DNA of 64,000 nt from Nitrospirota bacterium (GTDB lineage: Bacteria; Nitrospirota; UBA9217), in contig CAWBNQ010000005.1 in NCBI GenBank assembly GCA_963790205.1, positions 32,001 through 96,000 on the forward strand, given 5' to 3'. The position numbers and the translations under genes are program-made. Shown one piece after another: positions 49,020-59,060 of this stretch. Under the pieces are notes generated by a model. That model ran no database searches. It was not told where the DNA came from and saw nothing but the letters and a program-made list of their open reading frames with translations. Each line of letters opens with the position of its first letter. Position 1 is the stretch's first letter.

Positions 49020-49694
49020 TCAATCGAGCGGCAGGTCCCTGCCGTTTATCGATCGCAACACGCCATGCGGCCCGAATTCCGCGCTCATCTGCTCGGCTGA
49101 TTCCAGCACGCATTGAATGAGCGATCCCTGTTCCGTAAAGGGCAGTCCCTTCGACCGGAGATAGGAAACGACGGCGTTCCGATGGTCAAGCTCGTAGAGC
49201 GCCATCAGGTTCGTGAACTGCCGGGAAAGCCCGGCGACATCGAATCCCGGCTGTCGTTCGAGCTCCCCGCCGAAGAGCAGCAGGAACGACGCGCCGCCGT
49301 CATAGGAATCCTGATAATAGCAGCTTGCCCCGCACACCTCTGAGGCGATCAGGGAAAAGACGTGGCCGTCGGCTTTCTCGAGATCAACGGCGGGAACGGT
49401 ACATTCCGGGATGCCTGCTTTCGCTCCCCACTCTTTCATGTGCAACGATGACGTGAGCAGGTCGGAGTTGATATCCTCCTGCTCATCGGCCCATGCCCAG
49501 AGCCAGTTCAGCGTGTTGTCGGATTCCGTGCCGAGCACCTGAAAGCGGAACTCGGGCCCGTCGCTGAAATGGAGCCTGCCTGCGTCGAAATCGACGTTTA
49601 CGACCATTTGTCCCTCGATCAGACGGGCCAGCTTCTCCTGTTTCTCGAGCGAGATCAGGGCATATTTTTCGAGATATTCCGCAAGTGCGTTCAT
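49020..49694 (-). CDS. Conserved hypothetical protein (DUF6882-like)
   Basis: QVLGTES...WLWAWA motif; family assignment from memory. Confidence 0.65.
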   Translation of the reverse strand: MNALAEYLEKYALISLEKQEKLARLIEGQMVVNVDFDAGRLHFSDGPEFRFQVLGTESDNTLNWLWAWADEQEDINSDLLTSSLHMKEWGAKAGIPECTVPAVDLEKADGHVFSLIASEVCGASCYYQDSYDGGASFLLLFGGELERQPGFDVAGLSRQFTNLMALYELDHRNAVVSYLRSKGLPFTEQGSLIQCVLESAEQMSAEFGPHGVLRSINGRDLPLD

Positions 49695-49742
49695 TCTATT
49701 CCTTACCCTGTTGTGCGACAGGACGGCCAACGGCCTGCTCGA

Positions 49743-50114
49743 TCAGCCGTACACGTGGCCGGCGATGCTCCAGCCCTGGAACTGGTGTATCTCGTCAGCA
49801 GCGGATTTTGCGCGCGTCCTCACGTATTCATCGGCATCACGAAGGGCGGATTCGATAAGAGGTTTCACCGCCCCTTCGTCCAGGGCGCGAAAGCGCCGGG
49901 CAAGGTGTCCGAGGCTCATGATCGCATTGCCGCGTACTTTGTTGTGCCGGTGACGGGAAAGCGTAAGGCAGACTTCCTGTGCGGCAGTCTGGTCGGGGCA
50001 GGCCAGGGCCACCGTGACCGAGACCATCTGAAGCTCATGCGGATCGTTCCGCTCTATCGCGGCGTCAATGTCGGCCGCCGTGAAGTGTTCGAGGTCCTGA
50101 AATCTTGTTATCAC
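49743..50114 (-). CDS. HEAT-repeat-like hypothetical protein
   Basis: KVRGNAIMSLGHL, ALRDADEYVR; start placed at GTG 50114, 6 nt after TTGACG-N17-TATGAT (alternative ATG 50132). Confidence 0.65.
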   Translation of the reverse strand: MITRFQDLEHFTAADIDAAIERNDPHELQMVSVTVALACPDQTAAQEVCLTLSRHRHNKVRGNAIMSLGHLARRFRALDEGAVKPLIESALRDADEYVRTRAKSAADEIHQFQGWSIAGHVYG

Positions 50115-50189
50115 GGTCGCATCATACCTCATGCGCAGAACCGCGTCAAGAAAGTATCACCTCGCAATGAAGGCAGGTCTGTTCCGCGC

Positions 50190-50618
50190 CTATACCTTTT
50201 CCATCTCTCGAATGCGTTTCCTTATTTCGTCGGGCAGGGAGGTCTTTCTGCCTTCGCGGTAATCGTACATGACAATCACCCCTTCTCCTTCCGCGGCAAT
50301 CGCCTTATGGCGGCGACTTACGACCGCATGTCTCATGGTGAACCGGTCTTCTTCCAGCGCGACTATTTTTGCTCCCACGGAAACAATATCGGGATAGGTG
50401 AGCGGCAGCTTGTACCTGCAGCTCACGGATCCCAGGATCGGGCCGATGCCGGTCCGTTCTTTATATGCGTGCAGCCCCAGCTTCTCGGAATACACGATGC
50501 GGGCATTTTCGAAGTATCGGAAGTAGACGATGTTGTTGACGTGCTGGAACGCGTCCATCTCTCCCCAGGCAACGGGGAATTCGATGACGACCGGGTAGCT
50601 TTCTAATACATGGTCCAT
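50190..50618 (-). CDS. Acyl-CoA thioesterase (4HBT/YbgC family)
   Basis: VAWGEMDAFQHVNNIVYFRYFENAR. Confidence 0.9.
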   Translation of the reverse strand: MDHVLESYPVVIEFPVAWGEMDAFQHVNNIVYFRYFENARIVYSEKLGLHAYKERTGIGPILGSVSCRYKLPLTYPDIVSVGAKIVALEEDRFTMRHAVVSRRHKAIAAEGEGVIVMYDYREGRKTSLPDEIRKRIREMEKV

Positions 50619-50810
50619 GTCTGTCTTCTCCGGCGACACCATTGGAAAGCTCGCGGACGTAGTATGGAGTAACCGGCTCTCCTTGTCAAGAGGCGATCCT
50701 TGTCGGTCCCTGTGTCGATCTCGCTTGATTGGTCCCGGGTTCGGCAGGGCGCGGGCGGGGACGTTCCCTGAGATTGAACTCGGTGAAGCTCATTCCTCAA
50801 GAAAAGAGAA

Positions 50811-53800
50811 CTACCCCAGCGACACCGCGCCGGCGCCCAGCACGGACTCGATCTCGCTGATGAGCTGCTCAGTGGGGTTGACGCGGAGCTCCCTGCCCAC
50901 GGAGATGAGGGACTCCTTGCGCGAGGGGTTTTGGAGGCGGAGGTAGACGGGGACGGCGCCCTGATAGCGGAGAAGAATTTCCTTCACCTTGAGGAGGTCG
51001 TCCTGGGTCAGGCCGGTGGCGCTGAAACGGATGTCCATCCTGGTCGTGCCCTTCTTTTTTACCTCGGTAAGGAGATGGACGCGCACGGCCTTGATCTTGT
51101 TTCCCTGTTCGCTCTTGTCGAGCTGGCCCGCGACGATGAGCGGCGTGTCGGTCAAGAGCATGTGGTGCGCCGACTTGTACAGGTCGGGGAACACGACGAC
51201 CTCGACAGTGCCCGAGAGGTCTTCGAGGTCCAGGATCGCCATCTTTTCCTGGCTCTTTTTGGTGATTTTCAGCTTCATGCCCGCGATAATGCCGCAGATG
51301 GTCACGTCTTTGCCGTCCTGAACGCCGTCGAGGGTCTCGGTCGTCACAGTGGCGTAGCGGGCCACATCGGCCTGAAACGCGGCCAGAGGATGGCCGGAAA
51401 GGTAAAAACCCACGCTTTCTTTCTCATAGGCCAGCAGCTGGCTCTCTTTCCATTCGGGAACATCGGGAAGGACGGGCTCCTGGTGCGTGTCCAGGGAATC
51501 GAAGATGCTGAACTGGCCGATCGACTCCTGCTCCTGGTGCTTGCTCCCCTGGTCGATGAGCATATCCAGGCCGTCCAGCATCTGCGCCCTGCGGACGCCG
51601 CTGAAATCGAAGGCCCCGCACTTGATGAGCGCTTCGATCACGCGCCGGTTCACCCTGCGCTGGTCCACCTTCTTGCAGAAGTCCGTGAGGGACGTGTATG
51701 CGCCCTTTGTTTCCCGGGCTTCGATGATCGCCTCGATGGCGGAGAGGCCCACGTTCTTGACCGCTGCGAGGCCGAAGCGGATGGAGCCGATGGTGCTGCC
51801 GGGCTCCACGGTCTCCCGGTCGTGCGCCTCGACCACGGTGAAGTCCCACATGCTTTTGTTCGCATCGGGCGGCAGGATGTCGATGCCCATCTGGCGCGTT
51901 TCGTGGATGTACTTTACCACCTTGTCCGTGTCCTGGACTTCGCTCGTGAGCAGGGCGGCCATGTATTCCACGGGATAGTGGGCCTTCAGGAACGCGGTCT
52001 GGTACGAGATCAGCGCATAGGCCGCGCTGTGGGACTTGTTGAACCCGTATTCCGCGAACTTGGCCATGAGGTCGAAGATCGCCTCGGCCTTTTTCACGTT
52101 GACCCCTTGTTTCTTCGCCCCCTCGAGGAAAGGGACCTTCTCCTTGGCCATGACCTCGGGGTCCTTCTTTCCCATGGCGCGGCGCAACAGGTCGGCTCCG
52201 CCCAGGGAATAACCCGCCAGGGAGCGAGCGATCTGCATCACCTGCTCCTGGTACACGATGACGCCGTACGTGTCCTTGAGGATCGGCTCGAGCTGGGGCA
52301 GCTCGTACGATATCTTCTCCGCGCCTTTCTTGCGCTTGATGAAGACGTCGACCATGCCGCTGCCGAGCGGGCCCGGTCGGTAGAGCGCACCGAGCGCGAT
52401 CAAGTCTTCGAAGCACTGGGGCTTCATCTTGATCATGATGTCCCGCATGCCCGAGGATTCGAACTGGAACACGCCGGCCGTCTCGCCGCGGGACAGGAGC
52501 TCATAGGTCTTCACGTCGTCCAGGGGAATGCGGTTGATGAAGAACTGTTCGGCATCAACGAGCGGGGCCTTTTGCAGGCGCTGGTTGATCGTTTCAACGG
52601 CCTTGTTGATGACGGTGAGCGTGCGGAGACCGAGGAAGTCGAACTTGACGAGGCCGATCTTCTCCACGCCTTTCATGTCGAACTGGGTCGTAATTTCGTT
52701 CTTCGGGCCCTTGTAGAGCGGCAGATACTCCGTCAGCGGCTCCTGGGAGATCACGACGCCCGCCGCGTGTTTGGACGCATGCCTGACCTGGCCTTCGAGA
52801 TGGAGCGCGATATCGATGAGCTCGGCCATGCGCGGGTCTTTCATCAGCTCCTTGAACTTCGGCTCCTGTTTCATGGCCTCGTTCAGGGTGATGTTCAGCG
52901 TGTTCGGCACAAGCTTGGCGACCTTGTCCACCTCGGAGTAGGGGATATCGAGCACGCGGCCCACATCGCGGATAACGCCTTTGGCCATCATGGTCCCGTA
53001 GGTGATGATCTGGGTCACGTGGTCCTGGCCGTACTTCTCGATGACGTATTTGAAGACCTCGTCGCGGCGGTCCATGCAGAAGTCCACGTCGATATCAGGC
53101 ATGCTGATACGCTCCGGGTTCAGGAAGCGCTCGAACAGCAGGTTATAGGGCAGGGGGTCGAGGTCCGTGATCCGGAGCGAATACGCCACGAGGCTGCCGG
53201 CTGCCGAGCCGCGGCCCGGCCCCACGGGGATGCCGTGCTCTTTGGCGTAGCGGATGAAGTCCCAGACGATGAGAAAGTAACCGGCAAAGCCCATCTTGCC
53301 CAACATGTCGATCTCGAATTCGAGGCGCTGCTTGTAGACCTCCGGGTCGAAGCTCTCTTTCCCGCGCACGGCCTCGATCTCGTGGAACCGTTCCTCAAGC
53401 CCTTTGCGCGCAAGCTCGGCCATGTAGGATTCGCGGGTGTAGCCTTCGGGCACGGGGAAATGGGGCAGATGGTACGTGCCCAGGTCCATCTCCAGGTTGC
53501 AGCGCTCGGCGATGGCCACGGTGTTCGAGATGGCCTCGGGCACATGGGCGAAGGACTTCTTCATCTCTTCCGGAGTTTTTACGTAAAAGGTTTCCGACGA
53601 GAACCTCATGCGGTTCTCGTCCTTTACGATCTTGCCGGTCTGGATGCAGAGCAGGGCGTCGTGGGCCTTGTGGTCCTCCTTGTTGAGATAATGGCAATCG
53701 TTGGTCGCCACGAGCGGGATGCCCGTGTCCCGGGAGAGGCGGATCAGTTCCTTATTTGCCTGGTACTGTTCGGGGATGCCGTTGTCCTGGAGTTCGAGGT

Positions 53801-54330
53801 AGAAATTTCCATTGCCCAGGATTCGCCGATAGTCTTCGGCGACTTTTTTGGCATCGTCGTACCGGCCCTGGAGCAGGAGCGTCGGGATCTCGCCCGACAA
53901 ACAGGCGGACATGCCGATCAGCCCCTCGCTGTGCGCGGCCGAGAAGCTCTTTGTCGATCCGGGGACGGTAGTAGAAGCCTTCGAGATAGGCGGCGGTCAC
54001 GAGCTTGACGAGGTTCTTGTAGCCCGCCTTGTTCATGGCCAGGAGCAGCAGATGGTACGAGGCCTCTTCATGCCGGCCGGCCGGCTGGCTTTTGTCCATC
54101 CGGGAGCCCGGGGCGACATAGGTTTCGCAGCCGATGATCGGCTTGATGCCCGCTTTCGTGGCCTTGAGATAGAAATCGAGGGCGCCGAAGAGGTTGCCGT
54201 GGTCCGTCACCGCGATGGCAGGCATGTGAAGGTCGATGGCCTTTTTTATGAGGGCGTCGAGGGAATTAGCCCCGTCGAGCAGGCTGTATTCGGTGTGAAG
54301 GTGCAGATGGACGAAATCGGCATGATGCAT
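50811..54330 (-). CDS. dnaE: DNA polymerase III alpha subunit, +1 frameshift at ~53939 (probable sequence error)
   Basis: PHP domain HLHLHTEYSLLDG, TDHGN; GPGRGSAAGS, SMPDIDVDF, YGFNKSH; OB fold. Confidence 0.95.
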
Positions 54331-54351
54331 AGATTAAAACCAGGAAAATAA

Positions 54352-54423
54352 GAAGTTGGGAGGTTAGGAAGATGCAGGAAGGCGGGTGTTTTCAACTTCA
54401 AAACTTCCCATCTTCCAAACTTC
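54352..54423. repeat. Inverted array of 8-nt tandem repeats (GAAGTTNG / NNAACTTC)
   Basis: GAAGTTGG GAGGTTAG GAAGATGC ... TCAACTTC AAAACTTC CCATCTTC CAAACTTC. Confidence 0.7.
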
Positions 54424-54438
54424 ATGGTTTATAAATAA

Positions 54439-54514
54439 TGGAGGCGGCGATCGGATTTGAACCGATGAATGAAGGTTTTGCAGACCTCTGCCTTAGCCAC
54501 TTGGCTACGCCGCC
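54439..54514 (-). tRNA. tRNA-Cys (GCA)
   Basis: GGCGGCG acceptor stem, anticodon loop CTGCAAA, GGTTCAAATCC T-arm, encoded CCA. Confidence 0.95.
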
Positions 54515-54526
54515 CTGAAAAAACAA

Positions 54527-54581
54527 AAAAGTTAAAAGTTAAAAGAGGAAATGCTGCCGATACTTTTAACTTTTAACTTTC
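54527..54581. repeat. Inverted array of 7-nt tandem repeats (AAAAGTT / AACTTTT) between the tRNAs
   Basis: AAAAGTT AAAAGTT AAAAGAG ... TACTTTT AACTTTT AACTTTC. Confidence 0.7.
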
Positions 54582-54594
54582 CCGGGAAAAGCTA

Positions 54595-54670
54595 TGGAGC
54601 GGGTGGCGAGACTCGAACTCGTGACCCCAACCTTGGCAAGGTTGTGCTCTACCAACTGAGCTACACCCGC
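54595..54670 (-). tRNA. tRNA-Gly (GCC)
   Basis: GCGGGTG acceptor stem, anticodon loop TTGCCAA, GTTCGAGT T-loop, encoded CCA. Confidence 0.95.
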
Positions 54671-54698
54671 AGTATGTTTCTGCGTTTAAGACTTTGCA

Positions 54699-54727
54699 AA
54701 TATAACAAAGTGGCCTGTCCTTGTCAA
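54699..54727 (-). promoter_or_regulatory. Sigma70 promoter for tRNA-Gly/tRNA-Cys (and possibly dnaE)
   Basis: TTGACA-N17-TATATT with extended -10 TG. Confidence 0.6.
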
Positions 54728-54837
54728 TACAAAATTCTATGAAATGTCATGATCAGCGATGCGCTTGACGGGGGCCACGCTACTGTGGTAAGTTATCTTA
54801 TGAGGAAACAACACGTTTACGGAGGAGAATATCGCAG

Positions 54838-55692
54838 ATGAACACAGTTAAAACAGTCGGTTTAATGACCTTTATGATGGTGCTGTTCGTGGCCATCGGC
54901 GGGGCCTTGGGAGGAAGGGGCGGCATGGTCATGGCCATTATGATCGCCACGGTCATGAACGTCGGGATGTACTGGTTCAGCGACAAGCTCGTGCTCAGGA
55001 TGTATAAGGCAGAGCCCGTGACCGAGGCCCAGGCCCCGGAGCTCTATTCCATCGTGCGCACGCTCGTCCAGAAGGCCGGCATGCCCATGCCCAAGGTCTA
55101 TATCATGCCGGAAGAGACGCCGAACGCCTTTGCAACGGGCAGGAACCCGGAGCATGCGGTCGTTGCGGTGACGCAGGGCATCATGCGGATCCTGTCCCGC
55201 GAGGAGTTGACCGGCGTAATCTCCCATGAGCTGGCGCATATCAGGCACCGGGACATGCTCACCGGCACCATCGTGGCAACCATCGCGGGCGCGATCAGCA
55301 TGCTTGCCCAGATGGCCCAATGGGCCATGATCTTCGGCGGCGGCAGCAGGCGGGACAACGACGAGGGCGGCAGCCCCATTGTTGCGCTCGTCATGATGAT
55401 CGTGGCGCCCATTGCCGCCATGCTCGTCCAGATGGCCATCTCCCGCACCCGGGAGTACGAGGCCGACAAGGGCGGCGCGGCACTGTCGGGAAATCCCGCG
55501 TGGCTGGCCAATGCGCTCCTCAAGCTTGAGCGCGGCAACCAGGTCGTTCCCATGGATGACGCCAAACCGGCCACGGCCCATATGTTCATTGTGAACCCGC
55601 TTCACGGAGGCGGGATGATGAACCTTTTCAGCACCCATCCGCCGATCGCCGAGAGGGTGAAGCGGCTGAACGAGATGGCGCGGGGAAGATAA
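54838..55692 (+). CDS. htpX: Zinc metalloprotease HtpX
   Basis: [30 protein letters not shown]. Confidence 0.95.
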   Translation: MNTVKTVGLMTFMMVLFVAIGGALGGRGGMVMAIMIATVMNVGMYWFSDKLVLRMYKAEPVTEAQAPELYSIVRTLVQKAGMPMPKVYIMPEETPNAFATGRNPEHAVVAVTQGIMRILSREELTGVISHELAHIRHRDMLTGTIVATIAGAISMLAQMAQWAMIFGGGSRRDNDEGGSPIVALVMMIVAPIAAMLVQMAISRTREYEADKGGAALSGNPAWLANALLKLERGNQVVPMDDAKPATAHMFIVNPLHGGGMMNLFSTHPPIAERVKRLNEMARGR

Positions 55693-55763
55693 GGGAACTC
55701 GGATTGAGGAATTAATCTTCAAGGCGGATCCCGTAAACTTCTTTTCCATGATCGCACCAGCAG

Positions 55764-55795
55764 GGGCCGGGAGGAAATCCCAGGCCCTTTTTTTT
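55764..55795 (+). terminator. Rho-independent terminator
   Basis: GGGCCGGGA-GGAAA-TCCCAGGCCC followed by T8. Confidence 0.7.
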
Positions 55796-55944
55796 CGTGA
55801 AAACGAGACAGAAGACTGCTGTTCGCATGAGCAATTTCGGGGCGCCTGCAGGACCGCAACCTTCTCACGATCAGGTCTTTAAAACTCCCCACGGTCCAAT
55901 CTGCAGTGCTTGATAAAGGACCGGAGGGTGGAGAGGCTTATTCC

Positions 55945-56826
55945 ATGGCATTCCTTTTTCGCATCAAATCGCGCCGGGCTTTCTGGACCACGGTCGCTCT
56001 GTGCATGCTCACACCCGGCCTCCTGTCAGTCGCCGACATGCTCAGCGCAGAAGAACGGACAACAGTCTTTCTTCCGTCGCGCATCCAGGCGTTCCGTCCC
56101 GGAGAATCGCTGACGTACGACATCAGCTGGTCAAACATCGTAACCGCAGGGACGGCGATCATGGAGGTCAAACAGGAGATGACGCCGGACCATAAGGAGC
56201 TCCTCCGGTTTATCGTAACATCGCGCACGGCGGGTATCATGGACAAGCTCTACCCCCTGGGCGATACGATCTGGAGCGTCTTCGACCCGCAGATCATGCA
56301 AAGCCTCTCGTTCAGCCTTACAGCGAGCCGCGGCAAGAGAACGAGACGCAGCAGGCTGGTCTTCGATCATGCACGAAAAACAGCGGTCAGCACAACGAAC
56401 GACGACCCACCGGAGACCATAGCCATCCCTGACCAGGTGCAGGACACCCTGTCCGCGCTCTACTATCTCCGTACAAGAAAGGACCTCGACAGCGGCAGAC
56501 CCATTACCTTCGAAGTCTGTGACCACGGCAAGACCTGGCCCGTTGCGGTCCAGACCGTGGGCAGGGAGAAGGTGCAAACGCGCGCAGGGAAGTTCTCTAC
56601 GCTCAAAGTCAGGGCCCAGAAGGGTCTCTTTATGAGCGAGGGGGAGATATTCATCTGGTTCACTGACGACAGCAGAAAGGTCCCGGTGCTCATAAAAAGC
56701 ACGGTTTCCATCGGATCACTTGTGTTCACCCTTAGGGAGATGAAAACCGCAGAAACGGTGCATGAGCGGAGACGCGGAGACGCCGGCGCTGAGGGAGAGA
56801 CGGGAACTTTGAAACGGGACGAATAG
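55945..56826 (+). CDS. DUF3108-like exported protein
   Basis: GESLTYDISW, QDTLSALYYLR, V.T.AGKF, IWFTDD..KVPV; family from memory. Confidence 0.75.
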   Translation: MAFLFRIKSRRAFWTTVALCMLTPGLLSVADMLSAEERTTVFLPSRIQAFRPGESLTYDISWSNIVTAGTAIMEVKQEMTPDHKELLRFIVTSRTAGIMDKLYPLGDTIWSVFDPQIMQSLSFSLTASRGKRTRRSRLVFDHARKTAVSTTNDDPPETIAIPDQVQDTLSALYYLRTRKDLDSGRPITFEVCDHGKTWPVAVQTVGREKVQTRAGKFSTLKVRAQKGLFMSEGEIFIWFTDDSRKVPVLIKSTVSIGSLVFTLREMKTAETVHERRRGDAGAEGETGTLKRDE

Positions 56827-57169
56827 CGCAGAGAGGGCTATCCGGGGAAAACGCTATACTGTCGAGAAAGCTTTTCTCCATATAATAGTCCGGCCTCTCG
56901 ATCATTTTGCGCACATCATCTACCTATCTTTTTTCTGTTTGACGACGGTTCTTATCCTGTCCTGAAGTTAAACTTATGTCCGCACGCTTCCAATAATAGA
57001 GGTCTATATAAACACCTATAGACTATTTTTTGCGCTCCCGGAGCAATCACGTCAAGTGGATATCCAATCACTGTGTTATACTAAAAAACAATAAGTGATA
57101 CTATCGTCTTAAGACCGGAGCATTGCTTCGGTACGTTCTATCATGATCCAGGAAAACGGGGGGATGGCT

Positions 57170-57493
57170 ATGAAGACGAGAGCATTCCCAGTGATCGCAA
57201 CACTCTGTCTGGTGTTGTCCGCAGGTATCACCGGCGTCTTTGTCGCGGGTGGCGGAGGCATGACGTACACGCCGCCGAACGCCAAACCGGTGGTCTTTAG
57301 TCATGAAGAACACGTCAATGTAAAGGAATTATGATGCAGCGCCTGTCATAACCATACGTTCCAGATGGGCAAGGACGAGGACAAGATAGACATGAGCAAA
57401 ATGACCAAGAGCCTCTTCTGCGGGCGCTGCCACAATGGGGTGAAAAGCTTTGACGTCAAGGACAAGACGAACTGCGTGCGGTGCCACAAGTAG
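57170..57493 (+). pseudogene. c7-type triheme cytochrome interrupted by an in-frame TGA (57332-57334)
   Basis: Signal peptide, VVFSHEEH, then EL*CSACH...FCGRCH...NCVRCHK*; three CxxCH motifs continue in frame after the TGA. Confidence 0.8.
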
Positions 57494-57585
57494 CTGGTCT
57501 TCCCGACGCTTCTCATTTCCCGATCTTTTATTAACAGGCAGTTGACGCGAAAAAAATCAGATTTCCATAAACAGGGGACAAGTGC

Positions 57586-57630
57586 AACTAAAAAACCCCG
57601 CCTTTGATATAAAGGCGGGGTTTTTTAGTT
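57586..57630. terminator. Bidirectional Rho-independent terminator
   Basis: AACTAAAAAACCCCGCCTTT-GATAT-AAAGGCGGGGTTTTTTAGTT between convergent genes. Confidence 0.88.
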
Positions 57631-57668
57631 ATTGAAGATCGTCTCCCACAGCGGGAGAGGAGAAGTAT

Positions 57669-58277
57669 TTACAGCTTGCCAATCTCTTTCATCCACTTGG
57701 GATACTTTTTTCTGGCGAATTCCACGGGGACCGTGCCGTAGATCATGATCCGAAAGGTGCCGGGGTTGGCCAGGGTCCCGAGGTAGATGTGGGCCGGCAC
57801 GCCGACCACGAACAGGATAAAGGCCAGGTTATGGACCAGATGCGACACGAGCGTCAGCGTCCGGTGTCCCTGGATGAACCAGATGGAAAAACCGGATGCC
57901 GCTATCGCCAAGCCAGCAGCCAGGACCATGAGATAATAGAGCTTCTGGCCCGTATTCAGCTTTCCCATGGGCGGGGCTTTTACCGGACCTTTGGACAAAT
58001 ATCCGCCTCCCATCTTGATCCAGTTCCAGTCGTCCCTGCTCAGACTGATCGATTCTTGGAGATAGTTGAAGATCGTGGCAAAAAGGGAGGCGGTAAACAC
58101 CACGCCCGCCCAGTTATGCACGGCCCTCATGACGTTGAAACTTCCGAACAGGGCGTTCATCTGCTTGAGCTGGAACAGGAACCCGTACCCGGTGATGATC
58201 AGGAGGATGCAGCTCACGGCCAAAAGCCAGTGATTGATGATCTCTTCCGTACTTGCTTTTCTCACCATCTCGCTCAT
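57669..58277 (-). CDS. fdnI: Formate dehydrogenase gamma subunit (cytochrome b556)
   Basis: Four TM helices with heme-ligand His (NHW, VHN, VHN, AHIY), KLNTGQK. Confidence 0.9.
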   Translation of the reverse strand: MSEMVRKASTEEIINHWLLAVSCILLIITGYGFLFQLKQMNALFGSFNVMRAVHNWAGVVFTASLFATIFNYLQESISLSRDDWNWIKMGGGYLSKGPVKAPPMGKLNTGQKLYYLMVLAAGLAIAASGFSIWFIQGHRTLTLVSHLVHNLAFILFVVGVPAHIYLGTLANPGTFRIMIYGTVPVEFARKKYPKWMKEIGKL

Positions 58278-59050
58278 GATTTTTTCACCTCCTCGTCATC
58301 CGTATGGGGCCCGATGGCCACATAGTGCAACAGCGCGCCGGCAACAACGCCTCCGAGACCGATGACGGCCAGCGGCTTAAGGACATTGTGCCAGAAAATG
58401 ACGCTCTCGGGAATGTTCGGTTTGTCAGCGTAGCCGTAGAGCTTCGGAGCGTCCTTGAACGCGAAGATCGATCCCAGCCCTCCCAAATCCGCTTCTCCGT
58501 AGATCTTGCCGTAGCCGGCCTGCTTCGCCTGGGCAATAAGCTGGTCACGGTCGCCGAACTTGAGGGCGCCCGTGGGGCAGGTCTTGGTACAGGCCGGTTG
58601 CAGGCCCTCGGCGATCCGGTCGAAGCAGAGATGGCATTTAGCTATCTTTCCGTCCTTGTCGTAGCGGGGCACGTCGAAGGGGCAGCCCGCAACGCAAAGC
58701 TTGCACCCGATGCACTTGTCGCGGTCGAAGGCGACTGCGCCTTCCTTGGTCCGGTAGAGCGCTCCCGGCGCGGGACAGATCTTCATGCATCCCGCGTCGT
58801 CACAGTGCATGCACCGCCGGCTTACGAAGAGCCACCGTACGGGGTTCGTCTCCGACGGGATCTCGCTGTAGCGGATCATGTTGTAGTCGACCGGCGCGAG
58901 GTCCGGGGGGTTCTGCATGGTGCCGGTGTTTTTCGTCTTCATGCCCGGAAGCTGGTTCCAGGCCTTGCATGCTGTCTGGCAGCCACGGCACCCGATGCAG
59001 ACCTCGGGGGTAACGAGTATTGCCTTTCTTTTGATCGTCGTATTCGTCAT
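58274..59050 (-). CDS. fdnH: Formate dehydrogenase beta (4x 4Fe-4S) subunit
   Basis: CIGCRGCQTAC, CMHCDDAGCMKICP, CIGCKLCVAGCP, KCHLC..PAC...CP; C-terminal TM helix. Confidence 0.92.
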   Translation of the reverse strand: MTNTTIKRKAILVTPEVCIGCRGCQTACKAWNQLPGMKTKNTGTMQNPPDLAPVDYNMIRYSEIPSETNPVRWLFVSRRCMHCDDAGCMKICPAPGALYRTKEGAVAFDRDKCIGCKLCVAGCPFDVPRYDKDGKIAKCHLCFDRIAEGLQPACTKTCPTGALKFGDRDQLIAQAKQAGYGKIYGEADLGGLGSIFAFKDAPKLYGYADKPNIPESVIFWHNVLKPLAVIGLGGVVAGALLHYVAIGPHTDDEEVKKS

Positions 59051-59060
59051 GGTTCACCCC

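Noticed and set aside
48985..49113. N-terminal 43 codons of the 168-aa ORF
   Set aside because: They overlap the upstream gene and the repeat arm; family length (~125 aa) supports the TTG start at 48984.
50931..54008. 1025-aa plus-strand ORF, and other long antisense ORFs (3441-5141, 21600-23105, 58917-60386)
   Set aside because: Shadow frames opposite well-supported GC-rich genes; no motifs or RBS.
53752..54330. Split dnaE, intein or programmed frameshift
   Set aside because: No intein motifs or slippery sequence; removing one base restores the PHP domain; fits the window-wide error pattern.
54605..54625. A-C mismatch at the base of the tRNA-Gly T stem
   Set aside because: A single mismatch in an otherwise canonical tRNA within an error-prone assembly; not enough to claim editing or a pseudogene.
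54439..54670. tRNA genes as an integration site for a prophage or island
   Set aside because: No duplicated tRNA 3' end or adjacent integrase seen; flanking genes are housekeeping.
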